Of a stretch of DNA of 62,634 nucleotides, positions 28,084 through 36,875 are shown one piece after another; positions within the stretch are counted from its first letter, which is position 1; the number at the start of each line of letters is the position of its first letter. Source of the DNA: Candidatus Nanopelagicales bacterium (lineage in GTDB: Bacteria > Actinomycetota > Actinomycetes > S36-B12 > UBA5976); contig JAURFT010000004.1 of the NCBI GenBank assembly GCA_030834185.1, positions 1-62,634 of the forward strand, read 5' to 3'. A program made the translations under genes and the position numbers. Below the pieces are notes generated by a model. The model had not been told where the DNA came from and ran no database searches. It saw only the letters and a list, made by a program, of their open reading frames with translations.

Positions 28084-29313
28084 TTACTTACCTGCCTTGT
28101 CCGCAGCGGCCACAATTGGCTTACGATCAAAGTCATTGGCTCGGCCAATTCCCCGATTGTCGAAATGTTTAGCTCGAGAGATCGCTGCAACTGTGGTGCC
28201 AGCAGCACGGGTGTATGCCTGGCTCTTGCTCCAATCGCTTAGAGGTATGTCTCCAAGCATCTTCCATGACGCTGGAGTTCCAGTTGTTGGTGTGGCAGAC
28301 GCTAGCCATACCTTCAGCTGATAAGCACCCAACGCAAGTCTGGATTCAAGTGGCTGTCCAGCTAATGCAGCTGGGATCTCGGTGAAGCCCAATCGAGCTC
28401 CAGAGGTTGGGTTCTGACTTGAATAAGTTAGACCCTTAAATGCTGCTCGCAAGAAGCGCTCAAATACCTCTGGCTCTTTAGCATAGCGATCAGCATTTAC
28501 TACCCATGACAGTGAACGGACGCCGGTTAGCGCAGCTGGGTTGGGTAGGTAGTTGTACTTAGTTCCGGCAAATTCAGTTCCGGCATAGGCTGCTGTGTAA
28601 AATGCAATTGCATCAACATCGCCGCGCTCTAGCGCAACTGTTGCTGGACCAATTGAGCCACCTACTGCAACAAGCTTGACATCAGTTTCTTTCATGCCGT
28701 TACCAGCTAGCCAAGCTTTGGTGTACGGATAGCTTCCAGAACCAAAACCAATAATTCCGATGGTCTTGCCCTTCAGGTCACTTGGGCTCTTGATGTTCTT
28801 CTTTGGATCTGTTGCCATCAACCATGGGAAGTTTTGCACTAGGCCACCGATGATTTTGATGTTTGCACCGCGCTGAATGCCTTGCAGTGCGGAACCTAGA
28901 TCACCTCCAGCGATATCAATTCGACCCTGACCAACTAGGTTTATGGCGTCAATTGATCCACCAGTTGTAACGGCAGAGACATTTAACTTCTCCGACTTGA
29001 AATAACCAAGTTGCTTTGGAACGGCATAAACTGCAAATTCTTCCTTAGGTGCAAAAGCGGCTGAGGCGGCACCAAAAACAAGTGTTGCAGCTTTGTAGCC
29101 TTTCCACTTTGCTTTTCCTGCCTTGCCTTTGCAAGACAATGTGTTTCCGTTGGCTGCAACTCCAATTGCACCAACCTTTGCACATTTCTGACCAGCTCTA
29201 GCAGTTGCAGCTTGTGATGCTGGTGCAAGTGCGACTAGAAGTGAACCTGCTAGCGCAGCACTAAGTACCGCTGAATAAATCTTTTTAACCCGTGGGTTGG
29301 TTAATCCAAACAT
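28084..29313 (-). CDS. SsuA/NMT1-type solute-binding protein with N-terminal Cys-pair module and no lipobox
   Basis: LGYFKSEKL, GGSIDAINLV, DLKGKTIG, GDVDA; start moved from 29487 to the ATG after AAGGAG (MFGLTNPRVKK...PASQA). Confidence 0.88.
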   Translation of the reverse strand: MFGLTNPRVKKIYSAVLSAALAGSLLVALAPASQAATARAGQKCAKVGAIGVAANGNTLSCKGKAGKAKWKGYKAATLVFGAASAAFAPKEEFAVYAVPKQLGYFKSEKLNVSAVTTGGSIDAINLVGQGRIDIAGGDLGSALQGIQRGANIKIIGGLVQNFPWLMATDPKKNIKSPSDLKGKTIGIIGFGSGSYPYTKAWLAGNGMKETDVKLVAVGGSIGPATVALERGDVDAIAFYTAAYAGTEFAGTKYNYLPNPAALTGVRSLSWVVNADRYAKEPEVFERFLRAAFKGLTYSSQNPTSGARLGFTEIPAALAGQPLESRLALGAYQLKVWLASATPTTGTPASWKMLGDIPLSDWSKSQAYTRAAGTTVAAISRAKHFDNRGIGRANDFDRKPIVAAADKAGK

Positions 29314-29366
29314 CATTCTCCTTGGTTGTTTGGTGTGGCAGTTTTCGCTGACTTGAAAACTAAACA

Positions 29367-29397
29367 CAGTATCGAGCAAGACTAGTGCTCGATACTG
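29367..29397. promoter_or_regulatory. 12-bp inverted repeat (candidate operator) straddling the -10 of the tau-type operon promoter
   Basis: CAGTATCGAGCA-agactag-TGCTCGATACTG; minus strand TTGACA-N19-TAGTCT with the -10 in the spacer of the repeat. Confidence 0.55.
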
Positions 29398-29532
29398 CCA
29401 GGATGTCAAGGTGGTGACCAACTTTACAGCCCGCTTTAAAGTTTTAAGTAGTGCATTCCTGTGAACTTGAATTGCCCATGAGGCCATAGGGTCGGTACGC
29501 TTAAATCAAAATACCTAAATCAAGGACTGCTG

Positions 29533-31521
29533 GTGACCCCAAAAGTGCTCTCCCCCATTGCAATTGGGGGGTTATCGATCAAAAATCGAGTATTCCTGCC
29601 CGGGCACACAACCAACTTTGGCCGAAATAACCTGCCTACTCAACGAAATGCGCAGTATTTAGCGCAGCGAGCACGCGGCGGAATAGGTCTTATCTTCTCC
29701 GAAGCAATACGAATCCACCCCACCAGCGCCGGTCGTCCACTAACTATGGGCATCTTTGCTGATTCTGCAATTGACTCATATGCCATGCTCACCCAGAGCG
29801 TGCATGATGCTGGCGCTGCCATCTTTGCCCAGATCATGCATGCCGGCAGACAGGCCAACGGGGATTCATCCCACACTGCTGCTTGGTCTGCATCCGACAT
29901 TCCGTGGACACTTGGCGGACAGGTCCCGCATGTGATGAGCCACGCAGATATCAATCAAATGGTGAAAGCTTTTGGTGCAGCGGCAGTTCGAATGCGCAAA
30001 GCAAATTTTGATGGGCTTGAAATCCATCTGGGCCATGGCCATTTAATTCAGCAATTTCTTTCACCAATTAGCAATATCCGCAGCGATTCCTATGGCGGGT
30101 CGTTAGCTAATCGAATGCGGTTTGCCATTGAGGTGTTAACTGAAGTTTTTAATGCTGTGCCAGATTTGCCAGTTGGAATTCGAATCAGCGCTGATGAGTT
30201 TGTGGCAGGTGGGTTAGATCCTGAGCAGATGATTGAAATTGTTGCGGCGCTAAAAGATTACAACTTGAGCTTTATTCACACTTCACACTCTGCCTATCAT
30301 GGCTCTTGGAGCTTGCCAAGCCAATTTGCCGATATGAACTTTGGTCATGCACCATACCGACATCATGCGGGTATTTTTAAAGCAGCATTTCCAGAGCTAC
30401 CAATTTTAACAGTTTGTCGATTAGACACCATCTCTGAAGCTGCTGAGTTAATTGATAGTGGTGAAGCAGATATGGTCGGGCTGGCTCGCCCGCATATTGC
30501 AGATCCTGATTTAGTTATTAAATTCACCCAAAACCGCGAAGCTGAGATCACTTCTTGTATTGCTTGTAATCAAGAGTGCATAGGTAGAGTAGAGAAAAAT
30601 CTGCCAATTTCATGCGTTGTTAATCCAGAGGTTGGAGCTGAAGAACTTTGGTGCGAGCTAACTGGTCGCAACCAAACCAGTCAGCGCGTTTTAATCGTTG
30701 GTGGCGGACCTGCTGGGATGAAAGCAGCGCTTTCAGCTGATCGCAGCGGGCATAAAGTTAAATTAATTGAAGCTGGATCAGAGCTAGGCGGACAGGTGAT
30801 AGTTGCTGCCAGTTTGGCTAAGCGGGAACGATTTGGGCTTTTGATTAAAGATTTAATTCGCGATATTAAAAACTCAGATGTTCAAGTGCAGTTAAATAGC
30901 AAAGTAACCGATCTAACCGAGCTTGCAGTTAACTTTGATAGCGTCATTATTGCAACTGGCGCACACCATCTACCGCGTAGTTTTGGGCCAGGATTAGCTG
31001 CAATCTCACCGCAAAGCGCCATTGCACTTTATGCCGGTATGCCAGCTCAAACTCCCCAGCCAATTGTGATTGTTGATGAAGAGGGAACTTGGGTGGCTGG
31101 ATCAATCGCTGAGGAGTTGGCAGCTAATGGCTATCAAGTGCATTTAGTCTCACCCACCGCTTCGCTGTTTGCGCAAATTACAATGTATTCAAAATTAGCG
31201 TTGATTCCCAGATTGCGCAAATATGGCGTGCAGATTCATCTGACAGCTAAAGTTGAATCCAGCGATGCTGGTGTTTTGATAAAAAACAACTTAAACGAGC
31301 ATGAGTTATTGCTTGAAAACTGCAGCGCAATCATCGATTGCGGACCACGAAAAGCAAATGACCAGCTTTATCAAGCTGTTGAGCAGAACCCCAATCGCAA
31401 ATTTCAAGTAATTGGCGATGCGCTATCCCCTCGCAGCGCCGCTGAGGCTGTTTATGAAGGAAATGCAGTTGGCGCATTTTTAGATTTAGACTTAGCAACC
31501 GCGTCGCTTGACGCTCAATAA
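29533..31521 (+). CDS. Old-yellow-enzyme/FadH-type NADH:flavin oxidoreductase with 4Fe-4S and FAD domains
   Basis: IKNRV, QIMHAGRQ, HLGHGHLIQQFLSP..N.R.D.YGG, CIACNQEC...CVVNP, GGGPAG. Confidence 0.9.
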   Translation: MTPKVLSPIAIGGLSIKNRVFLPGHTTNFGRNNLPTQRNAQYLAQRARGGIGLIFSEAIRIHPTSAGRPLTMGIFADSAIDSYAMLTQSVHDAGAAIFAQIMHAGRQANGDSSHTAAWSASDIPWTLGGQVPHVMSHADINQMVKAFGAAAVRMRKANFDGLEIHLGHGHLIQQFLSPISNIRSDSYGGSLANRMRFAIEVLTEVFNAVPDLPVGIRISADEFVAGGLDPEQMIEIVAALKDYNLSFIHTSHSAYHGSWSLPSQFADMNFGHAPYRHHAGIFKAAFPELPILTVCRLDTISEAAELIDSGEADMVGLARPHIADPDLVIKFTQNREAEITSCIACNQECIGRVEKNLPISCVVNPEVGAEELWCELTGRNQTSQRVLIVGGGPAGMKAALSADRSGHKVKLIEAGSELGGQVIVAASLAKRERFGLLIKDLIRDIKNSDVQVQLNSKVTDLTELAVNFDSVIIATGAHHLPRSFGPGLAAISPQSAIALYAGMPAQTPQPIVIVDEEGTWVAGSIAEELAANGYQVHLVSPTASLFAQITMYSKLALIPRLRKYGVQIHLTAKVESSDAGVLIKNNLNEHELLLENCSAIIDCGPRKANDQLYQAVEQNPNRKFQVIGDALSPRSAAEAVYEGNAVGAFLDLDLATASLDAQ

Positions 31522-31533
31522 TAAGGAAGCCAA

Positions 31534-31905
31534 ATGAATGCAGCAGCGTTAATCGATAAGTTCTTGCAGCACAATGAAGATCGTGAGTTAGAGCAAGCTC
31601 AGGCGATGATGGCACCAGGTTGTCGAATTGAGTTTCCCGGCAAAAAAAATTACAGCTCATTAGCTGAGATGGTGGCAAACGCCAAGGGCCGCTACAACTG
31701 GGTGCGCAAACATCGAGATCGTTATTTTGTTGGCGAAGTTGGTGATGAAACTATTGTGACTTCAATAGGCACGCTTTATGGTGAAAACTTAAGCGGGGTT
31801 GCTTTTGAAGGTGTTCGATATGTAGATGTGTTTGTGATTAAAAACGGCCTGATTGTCGAGCAGATGGTCTGGAATGATTTTGGTGAAACCGGAGTGCTGA
31901 ATTAA
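31534..31905 (+). CDS. SnoaL/NTF2-like protein
   Basis: 123 aa, GTLYGE..G..FEGVRYVDVF...GLIVEQMVWND. Confidence 0.8.
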   Translation: MNAAALIDKFLQHNEDRELEQAQAMMAPGCRIEFPGKKNYSSLAEMVANAKGRYNWVRKHRDRYFVGEVGDETIVTSIGTLYGENLSGVAFEGVRYVDVFVIKNGLIVEQMVWNDFGETGVLN

Positions 31906-33260
31906 CTTGCTTTAGCAATTGCTTTGGCAGCTAAATAGGCAAATCCAACTGCAGCCAGCAATCCATTGCCAGCTAAATAACCAGCTGAACCATGTCCGCT
32001 AATTCCCACAGCTGCCCCGCCTGCGGCATAAAGGCCTGGAATCAAATTACCTGCTTTATCTAAAACTGCAGCATCACTGTTTACTTTCAATCCACCTTGA
32101 GTGTGAAACAGCGATGGGCGCAGCTTGATCGCACCAAATGGTGCTATCAATTGCTTCTCAAACCGAGCCCGACCAAATTCATCAACAGCCTTACCGCTGT
32201 GCACAGCTGCAGCAGCAGCTGCAGCATTAACTAGTTTCTCAGCTGGTAGCTCAATTAATTCTGCTAGCTGAGTTAATTCATCTGCCCAAATAATTGCGCC
32301 GCTATCAGCTGTAACTTCAAACTCTTTAAATGACATTGAGCCATCATGAATCTCTTTATCAATAATTAACCAACCGCTGCTTTCAGGTTGATTGTTTAAG
32401 ATTGCCGCATACTCTGAGTAACCAGCAGATTCATCACCAAATCGGTCGCCAGCTAAATTTAAAATAAAACCGCCTTGCATCACAGTTGCCCACCCAACCA
32501 ATGTGTTGGCATGGCTAGCAATTGCCGCATGGCCTTGATACGCATCTAAATAACCAGTTGCAGCGCCAAGCCGCTCACCTATTTCTAAAGCTTCGCCATT
32601 GGAATAAATCGAGCCGTGATAATAAACCTGGGCAATTTCAGCGTTATATTTATCTAACAGCGCTTGATTAGCGCCATAGCCATTTGTTGCCAGCAGCACG
32701 TTTTTAGTTGCGATCTCAGATCTGCTGCCATCTGGGTTCTCAACCACTGCAGCAGTTACTCCAGTTTTGTCCAAGATCACATCAATTAATCGCGTACTGG
32801 TTTTAAAATCAAAATTCCCAGCAGCTTTTGCGCTATCCCAAATTGGTTGCATAACTAGATAGCCTTTTCGGCCCGTAACAGTTAAGCAGCGATCAACGCT
32901 ATGTCCTGGGTAATGAAAATCAGTTACTAACTCCCATGGAACACCAAGTGCATCTGCCATCCACTCTAAAACTTCAACGCTTACTTCAGTTAATGCTTTG
33001 GTGGCAACGGGATCTGCTGAATTTTTAGTTTTCTTCATGATGTCTTGGGTAAAAATTTCAGGTGAATCTGTTATTCCTGCAGCTTGCTGCCAGCGTGATC
33101 CAGCAGCTGGAAACATTCCTGTTGTTTTTGAAGTATTGCAAGTGGTAACAAAATCAGGTGAAGCATCAACTAGTAATACCTTTAAGCCCAGCTCTGCGGC
33201 TTTAATTGCGCCAATTAAGCCACCACCAGCACCGGCAATTACAACATCATAAGTTGTCAA
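31902..33260 (-). CDS. FAD-binding oxidoreductase, flavocytochrome c / fumarate reductase / TcuA family
   Basis: DVVIAGAGGG, LATNGY, RFGDES, FHTQGGL, IPGLYAAG, GNGL. Confidence 0.85.
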   Translation of the reverse strand: MTTYDVVIAGAGGGLIGAIKAAELGLKVLLVDASPDFVTTCNTSKTTGMFPAAGSRWQQAAGITDSPEIFTQDIMKKTKNSADPVATKALTEVSVEVLEWMADALGVPWELVTDFHYPGHSVDRCLTVTGRKGYLVMQPIWDSAKAAGNFDFKTSTRLIDVILDKTGVTAAVVENPDGSRSEIATKNVLLATNGYGANQALLDKYNAEIAQVYYHGSIYSNGEALEIGERLGAATGYLDAYQGHAAIASHANTLVGWATVMQGGFILNLAGDRFGDESAGYSEYAAILNNQPESSGWLIIDKEIHDGSMSFKEFEVTADSGAIIWADELTQLAELIELPAEKLVNAAAAAAAVHSGKAVDEFGRARFEKQLIAPFGAIKLRPSLFHTQGGLKVNSDAAVLDKAGNLIPGLYAAGGAAVGISGHGSAGYLAGNGLLAAVGFAYLAAKAIAKAS

Positions 33261-33269
33261 ACCAGCTCC

Positions 33270-33890
33270 CTAGTTGGATGAAATTAATTGCAGTGCGAGC
33301 TCGGCTGGATCAACAACTTCTAGCCTTAAACGATCTTGCTGTACATTTACAGCAGAGCAGCCATTGATTACCACTGTCGCGCCTTGCGATGCCAGGCTGT
33401 CAACCGCTTTGGTTAATGCTTCATGCCAAAGTTCTTCATCATTTATGGCATCAAAACTTAAATTCAACACTTCTCGACCAGCATAGTTTTTTGCAAAGCC
33501 ATATTCAGCGACCCTGCGCTCAAGCTCAGCACCAATCGCTTCGTTGCGAGTTACCGCGCCAATTTTATGACCCTTCGCAGCTAAGTGTGCGAGCACATTT
33601 TGCAACATTCCAACCACTTGGCTCTCTGCTTCCAATCTAAATCCTGGATCAAGAACGCAATCTGGCATTACATAATCAGCTCCAGCTTCACTGGCACTAC
33701 TTAATTCGGTGAGCAAGCTGGCGTCACTTGCTCGAACATCAGTTGGGGTATCTAAAGCGGTAGGACTGCCCTGGGTCAAATTTCGCAGTTCGACTGTTAC
33801 GCCGCTTGGCGCAATTCTGTTGTAACGCTGCTGGCGGCGTTCAAGTTCAGCTGCAGTGACGTGAATTGGGGTGATGGAAACAATCTTCAT
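33270..33890 (-). CDS. Asp/Glu/hydantoin racemase family protein
   Basis: Two-Cys motifs DCVLDPG and NGCSA, VVDP; start moved to the ATG with AGGAG SD (MKIVSITPIH). Confidence 0.8.
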   Translation of the reverse strand: MKIVSITPIHVTAAELERRQQRYNRIAPSGVTVELRNLTQGSPTALDTPTDVRASDASLLTELSSASEAGADYVMPDCVLDPGFRLEAESQVVGMLQNVLAHLAAKGHKIGAVTRNEAIGAELERRVAEYGFAKNYAGREVLNLSFDAINDEELWHEALTKAVDSLASQGATVVINGCSAVNVQQDRLRLEVVDPAELALQLISSN

Positions 33891-34018
33891 TTGCGCTCCT
33901 ATGCGTTGGAATAAGCATACTGCGTGCTTGGCTGCTTGCAGCAACTTCCAAATTTCCAGAACCAAATTGCAAGCACTACGATATGAGGGAAAACCTCAAC
34001 TCAGGGAGCGATTAGCAG

Positions 34019-35206
34019 ATGACCCAAGCACTGCAGGATATAAAGGTAATAGATATGGCAACGCTGTTTGCCGGGCCTATGGCTGCCACCATGCTGGGAG
34101 ATTTTGGTGCTGATGTTATAAAAATTGAGCATCCAAAAAATGGAGACCCGGTTCGAACCCATGGCTCAAGTAAAAATGGGGTTGGGCTGTGGTGGAAGAT
34201 GTTGTCGCGCAATAAAAAATCTGTCACGTTATATCTAGGCTCCCCTGAAGGTCAAGAGATTTTTAAAAAGCTCGTAAAAGATGCTGATGTTGTAATTGAA
34301 AACTTTCGCCCCGGCACTTTGGAAAAATGGGGCTTGGGCTATGACGAATTAGTAAAAATCAATCCGAAATTAGTTTTAGCCAGAGTTACTGGCTTTGGCC
34401 AGATTGGCCCGTATGCCACTCGCCCAGGCTTTGGCACGCTAGCTGAAGCGATGAGCGGGTTTGCTTCAATTACTGGAACTGCAGATGGGCCACCAACCCT
34501 GCCACCATTTGGTTTAGCGGATGGTATCTCAGCGCTAACAACTGCCTATGCAATTATGACGGCGCTACATGCACGAAATATCACCGGCAAAGGTCAGGTA
34601 ATTGATTTAGCAATTATTGAACCGATATTAACCGTGCTAGGTCCGCAAGTAATTGCATACGATCAACTTGGTGAGATTCAAGAACGCCGGGGAAATCGCT
34701 CCAGCAACAACGCGCCACGAAACACCTACATCACTGCCGATGGCAAATGGGTAGCAATTTCAACAAGCGCGCAAGCAATCGCTGAACGAGTGATGCATTT
34801 AGTTGGTCGGCCAGAGTTAATTGATGAGCCTTGGTTTGCGTCTGGAGCTGAGCGCGCTAAGCATGCCGACGAGTTAGATGAAGCAGTTGGTGGCTGGATT
34901 GCGCAGCGAAATCGCGATGAGGTGATGGCGGAGTTTGAAGCAGCGCAGGCTGCCGTTGCTCCAATTTATGACATTACAGATATTTTTAAAGACGAACAGT
35001 TTTCTGCGCTTGGCACAATTAAAACTGTGCAAGATGAAGAACTGGGTCCTATTAAATTTCAAAATGTGCTGTTTCGATTATCAGATACGCCAGGGGCTAT
35101 CAACACTGCTGGTCCAAGCTTAGGTAAGCACACAAAAGAGGTGCTTAATAAATATGGCATCAGTGATGATCAAATTGCTGAGCTGAAAACTAAAGGCGTG
35201 GTTTGA
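34019..35206 (+). CDS. Family III CoA-transferase (CaiB/BaiF)
   Basis: AGPMAATMLGDFGADVIKIEHP..GD, RNKKS, ENFRPG, GFGQIGPY. Confidence 0.93.
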   Translation: MTQALQDIKVIDMATLFAGPMAATMLGDFGADVIKIEHPKNGDPVRTHGSSKNGVGLWWKMLSRNKKSVTLYLGSPEGQEIFKKLVKDADVVIENFRPGTLEKWGLGYDELVKINPKLVLARVTGFGQIGPYATRPGFGTLAEAMSGFASITGTADGPPTLPPFGLADGISALTTAYAIMTALHARNITGKGQVIDLAIIEPILTVLGPQVIAYDQLGEIQERRGNRSSNNAPRNTYITADGKWVAISTSAQAIAERVMHLVGRPELIDEPWFASGAERAKHADELDEAVGGWIAQRNRDEVMAEFEAAQAAVAPIYDITDIFKDEQFSALGTIKTVQDEELGPIKFQNVLFRLSDTPGAINTAGPSLGKHTKEVLNKYGISDDQIAELKTKGVV

Positions 35207-36057
35207 GCATGAATGAGTTAAATTACTTCAGAAGTTATTTATATGTGCCAGCGAGTAAGCCTGAGATTGTGGCTAAGGCTTTTAATTCTGATGCAGATTG
35301 TGTGGTTATTGACCTTGAAGATGCAGTTCATGTTGATAGTAAAACTGCAGCAAGAGAGTTTGTGGCAGAATTTCTAAAAACAAAAGCCCCAAAGCCATTT
35401 TTAGTTCGGATCAATGATCCAAATGGCGCCTGGGGAATGCTTGACCTGGAAGCTATTGCTTCTGAAAATCTATTTGGTGTTCGAATCCCAAAAATTTCAA
35501 GCATCGAAACGATCAAAACTGCAGCTAAAGTTTTTGATGCTGCCAAATCAAACGCGCAGATACATTTATTAATTGAATCAGCACTTGGTGTGCAGAACGC
35601 ATTTGAGCTAGCAACTGCAGATCCAAGAGTTAAAGCGATCTCATTAGGAGAAGCTGATCTTGAATCAGATCTTCGCGTTACAAATGATGAGGCACTTAAG
35701 TATTCTCGAAACGCAATTGTGGTTGCAGCAAGAGCTGCTGGGTTAAAACAGCCATCGCAATCAGTTTTTCCAAATACGAAAGATATAGCTGGCTTAACGG
35801 CCTCAACCATTGCTGGTAAAGCTGCTGGCTTTTTTGGCCGATCAGTGATTCATCCAAGCCAGGTTGCCGTTGTGAATGAAATTTTCACCCCTACCGCACA
35901 AGAAGTTGAGCAAGCTTTGCAGTTGCTCAGTTGGTATGACCAGATGCAGGCATCGGGAAATAGTGTGATGGCGCTACCAAATGGTGATTTACTAGATCCT
36001 GCAAATATTCATTATGCGCGTTTTCAAGTTTCGCTTAATCAGCAATTATTAAACTAG
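35203..36057 (+). CDS. CitE/malyl-CoA/citramalyl-CoA lyase family protein
   Basis: RSYLYVPA, IDLEDAV, LIESALG, LGEADL, GRSVIHPSQV. Confidence 0.9.
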   Translation: MSMNELNYFRSYLYVPASKPEIVAKAFNSDADCVVIDLEDAVHVDSKTAAREFVAEFLKTKAPKPFLVRINDPNGAWGMLDLEAIASENLFGVRIPKISSIETIKTAAKVFDAAKSNAQIHLLIESALGVQNAFELATADPRVKAISLGEADLESDLRVTNDEALKYSRNAIVVAARAAGLKQPSQSVFPNTKDIAGLTASTIAGKAAGFFGRSVIHPSQVAVVNEIFTPTAQEVEQALQLLSWYDQMQASGNSVMALPNGDLLDPANIHYARFQVSLNQQLLN

Positions 36058-36065
36058 GAGCACAG

Positions 36066-36875
36066 ATGGCAAGCCTAATTGTTCAAGCATTAAGTAATGC
36101 GGTGCAAATAATTGATTTATCACAGCCGCTTTACAGCGGTATGCCAACCTCCCCCAATCATCCTGAGTTTCGATTGTCATACCTTCGACGCCATGGCGAT
36201 ATGGTGCGAGCAGATGGTGGTTCAGCCGCAAATGAAATGATCGTGACCGGCGGACATGTTGGCACCCACGTTGATGCGCTAGCTCATGTCTCACAAGATG
36301 GCATGGTTTATGGCAATGTGCCAGTTTCAGATTGTTTTCAAAATGGCAAATTTGTTACCCACGGCATCGATCAGATGCAACCTGTTGTAACTCGCGGTAT
36401 CTTTTTAGATATTGCCGCTTTAAAAGGTGTTCATATTTTGCCAGGTGGCTACGCCATTACTGCTGACGATCTGCAAGCGGCCTGTGATCAAATAGGCGCA
36501 ACGCCAAACCCAGGTGATGCGGTAATTATTAGATCTGGCTGGGGTAAGCATTTTGCGGTTGATGCAAGAACTTATATCGGACATGACTCAGGGGTGCCTG
36601 GTGTTGATGAATCTGCTGGAAAATGGCTAGCTGAGCGCAAAATTAGTGTTACTGGATCAGATACAACTGCCTATGAACATATCGCAGCTGGCAAAGGCCA
36701 CAGCGTGTTACCAGTGCATCGAATTTTACTTGTTGATGCTGGTATTCATATTATTGAACATATGCATTTAGAAGATGCGCATGCTGCCAAGCTGACTGAA
36801 TTTATGTTTATTCTGGCTCCGCTTAAAATTCTTGGCGCAACAGGTTCGCCAGCTCGGCCATTGGCGGTAATTTAA
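36066..36875 (+). CDS. Cyclase family (kynurenine formamidase/isatin hydrolase-like) metal hydrolase
   Basis: HVGTHVDA, GSDT, PVH..LL...GIHIIE, GATGSP.RP. Confidence 0.9.
   Translation: MASLIVQALSNAVQIIDLSQPLYSGMPTSPNHPEFRLSYLRRHGDMVRADGGSAANEMIVTGGHVGTHVDALAHVSQDGMVYGNVPVSDCFQNGKFVTHGIDQMQPVVTRGIFLDIAALKGVHILPGGYAITADDLQAACDQIGATPNPGDAVIIRSGWGKHFAVDARTYIGHDSGVPGVDESAGKWLAERKISVTGSDTTAYEHIAAGKGHSVLPVHRILLVDAGIHIIEHMHLEDAHAAKLTEFMFILAPLKILGATGSPARPLAVI

Noticed and set aside
29314-29487. N-terminal extension of the SsuA-type ORF
   Set aside because: Covers promoter and dyad elements; the SD and signal peptide point to the ATG at 29313. Similar over-extensions were trimmed for the racemase, EamA, protease, tspO, cbiO and mtrA genes.
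6065-33890. Nicotinate maleamate (nic) pathway
   Set aside because: Isochorismatase, M29-fold and racemase families are present, but there is no molybdenum hydroxylase, flavin monooxygenase or deformylase, and the racemase motifs are hydantoin-racemase-like.
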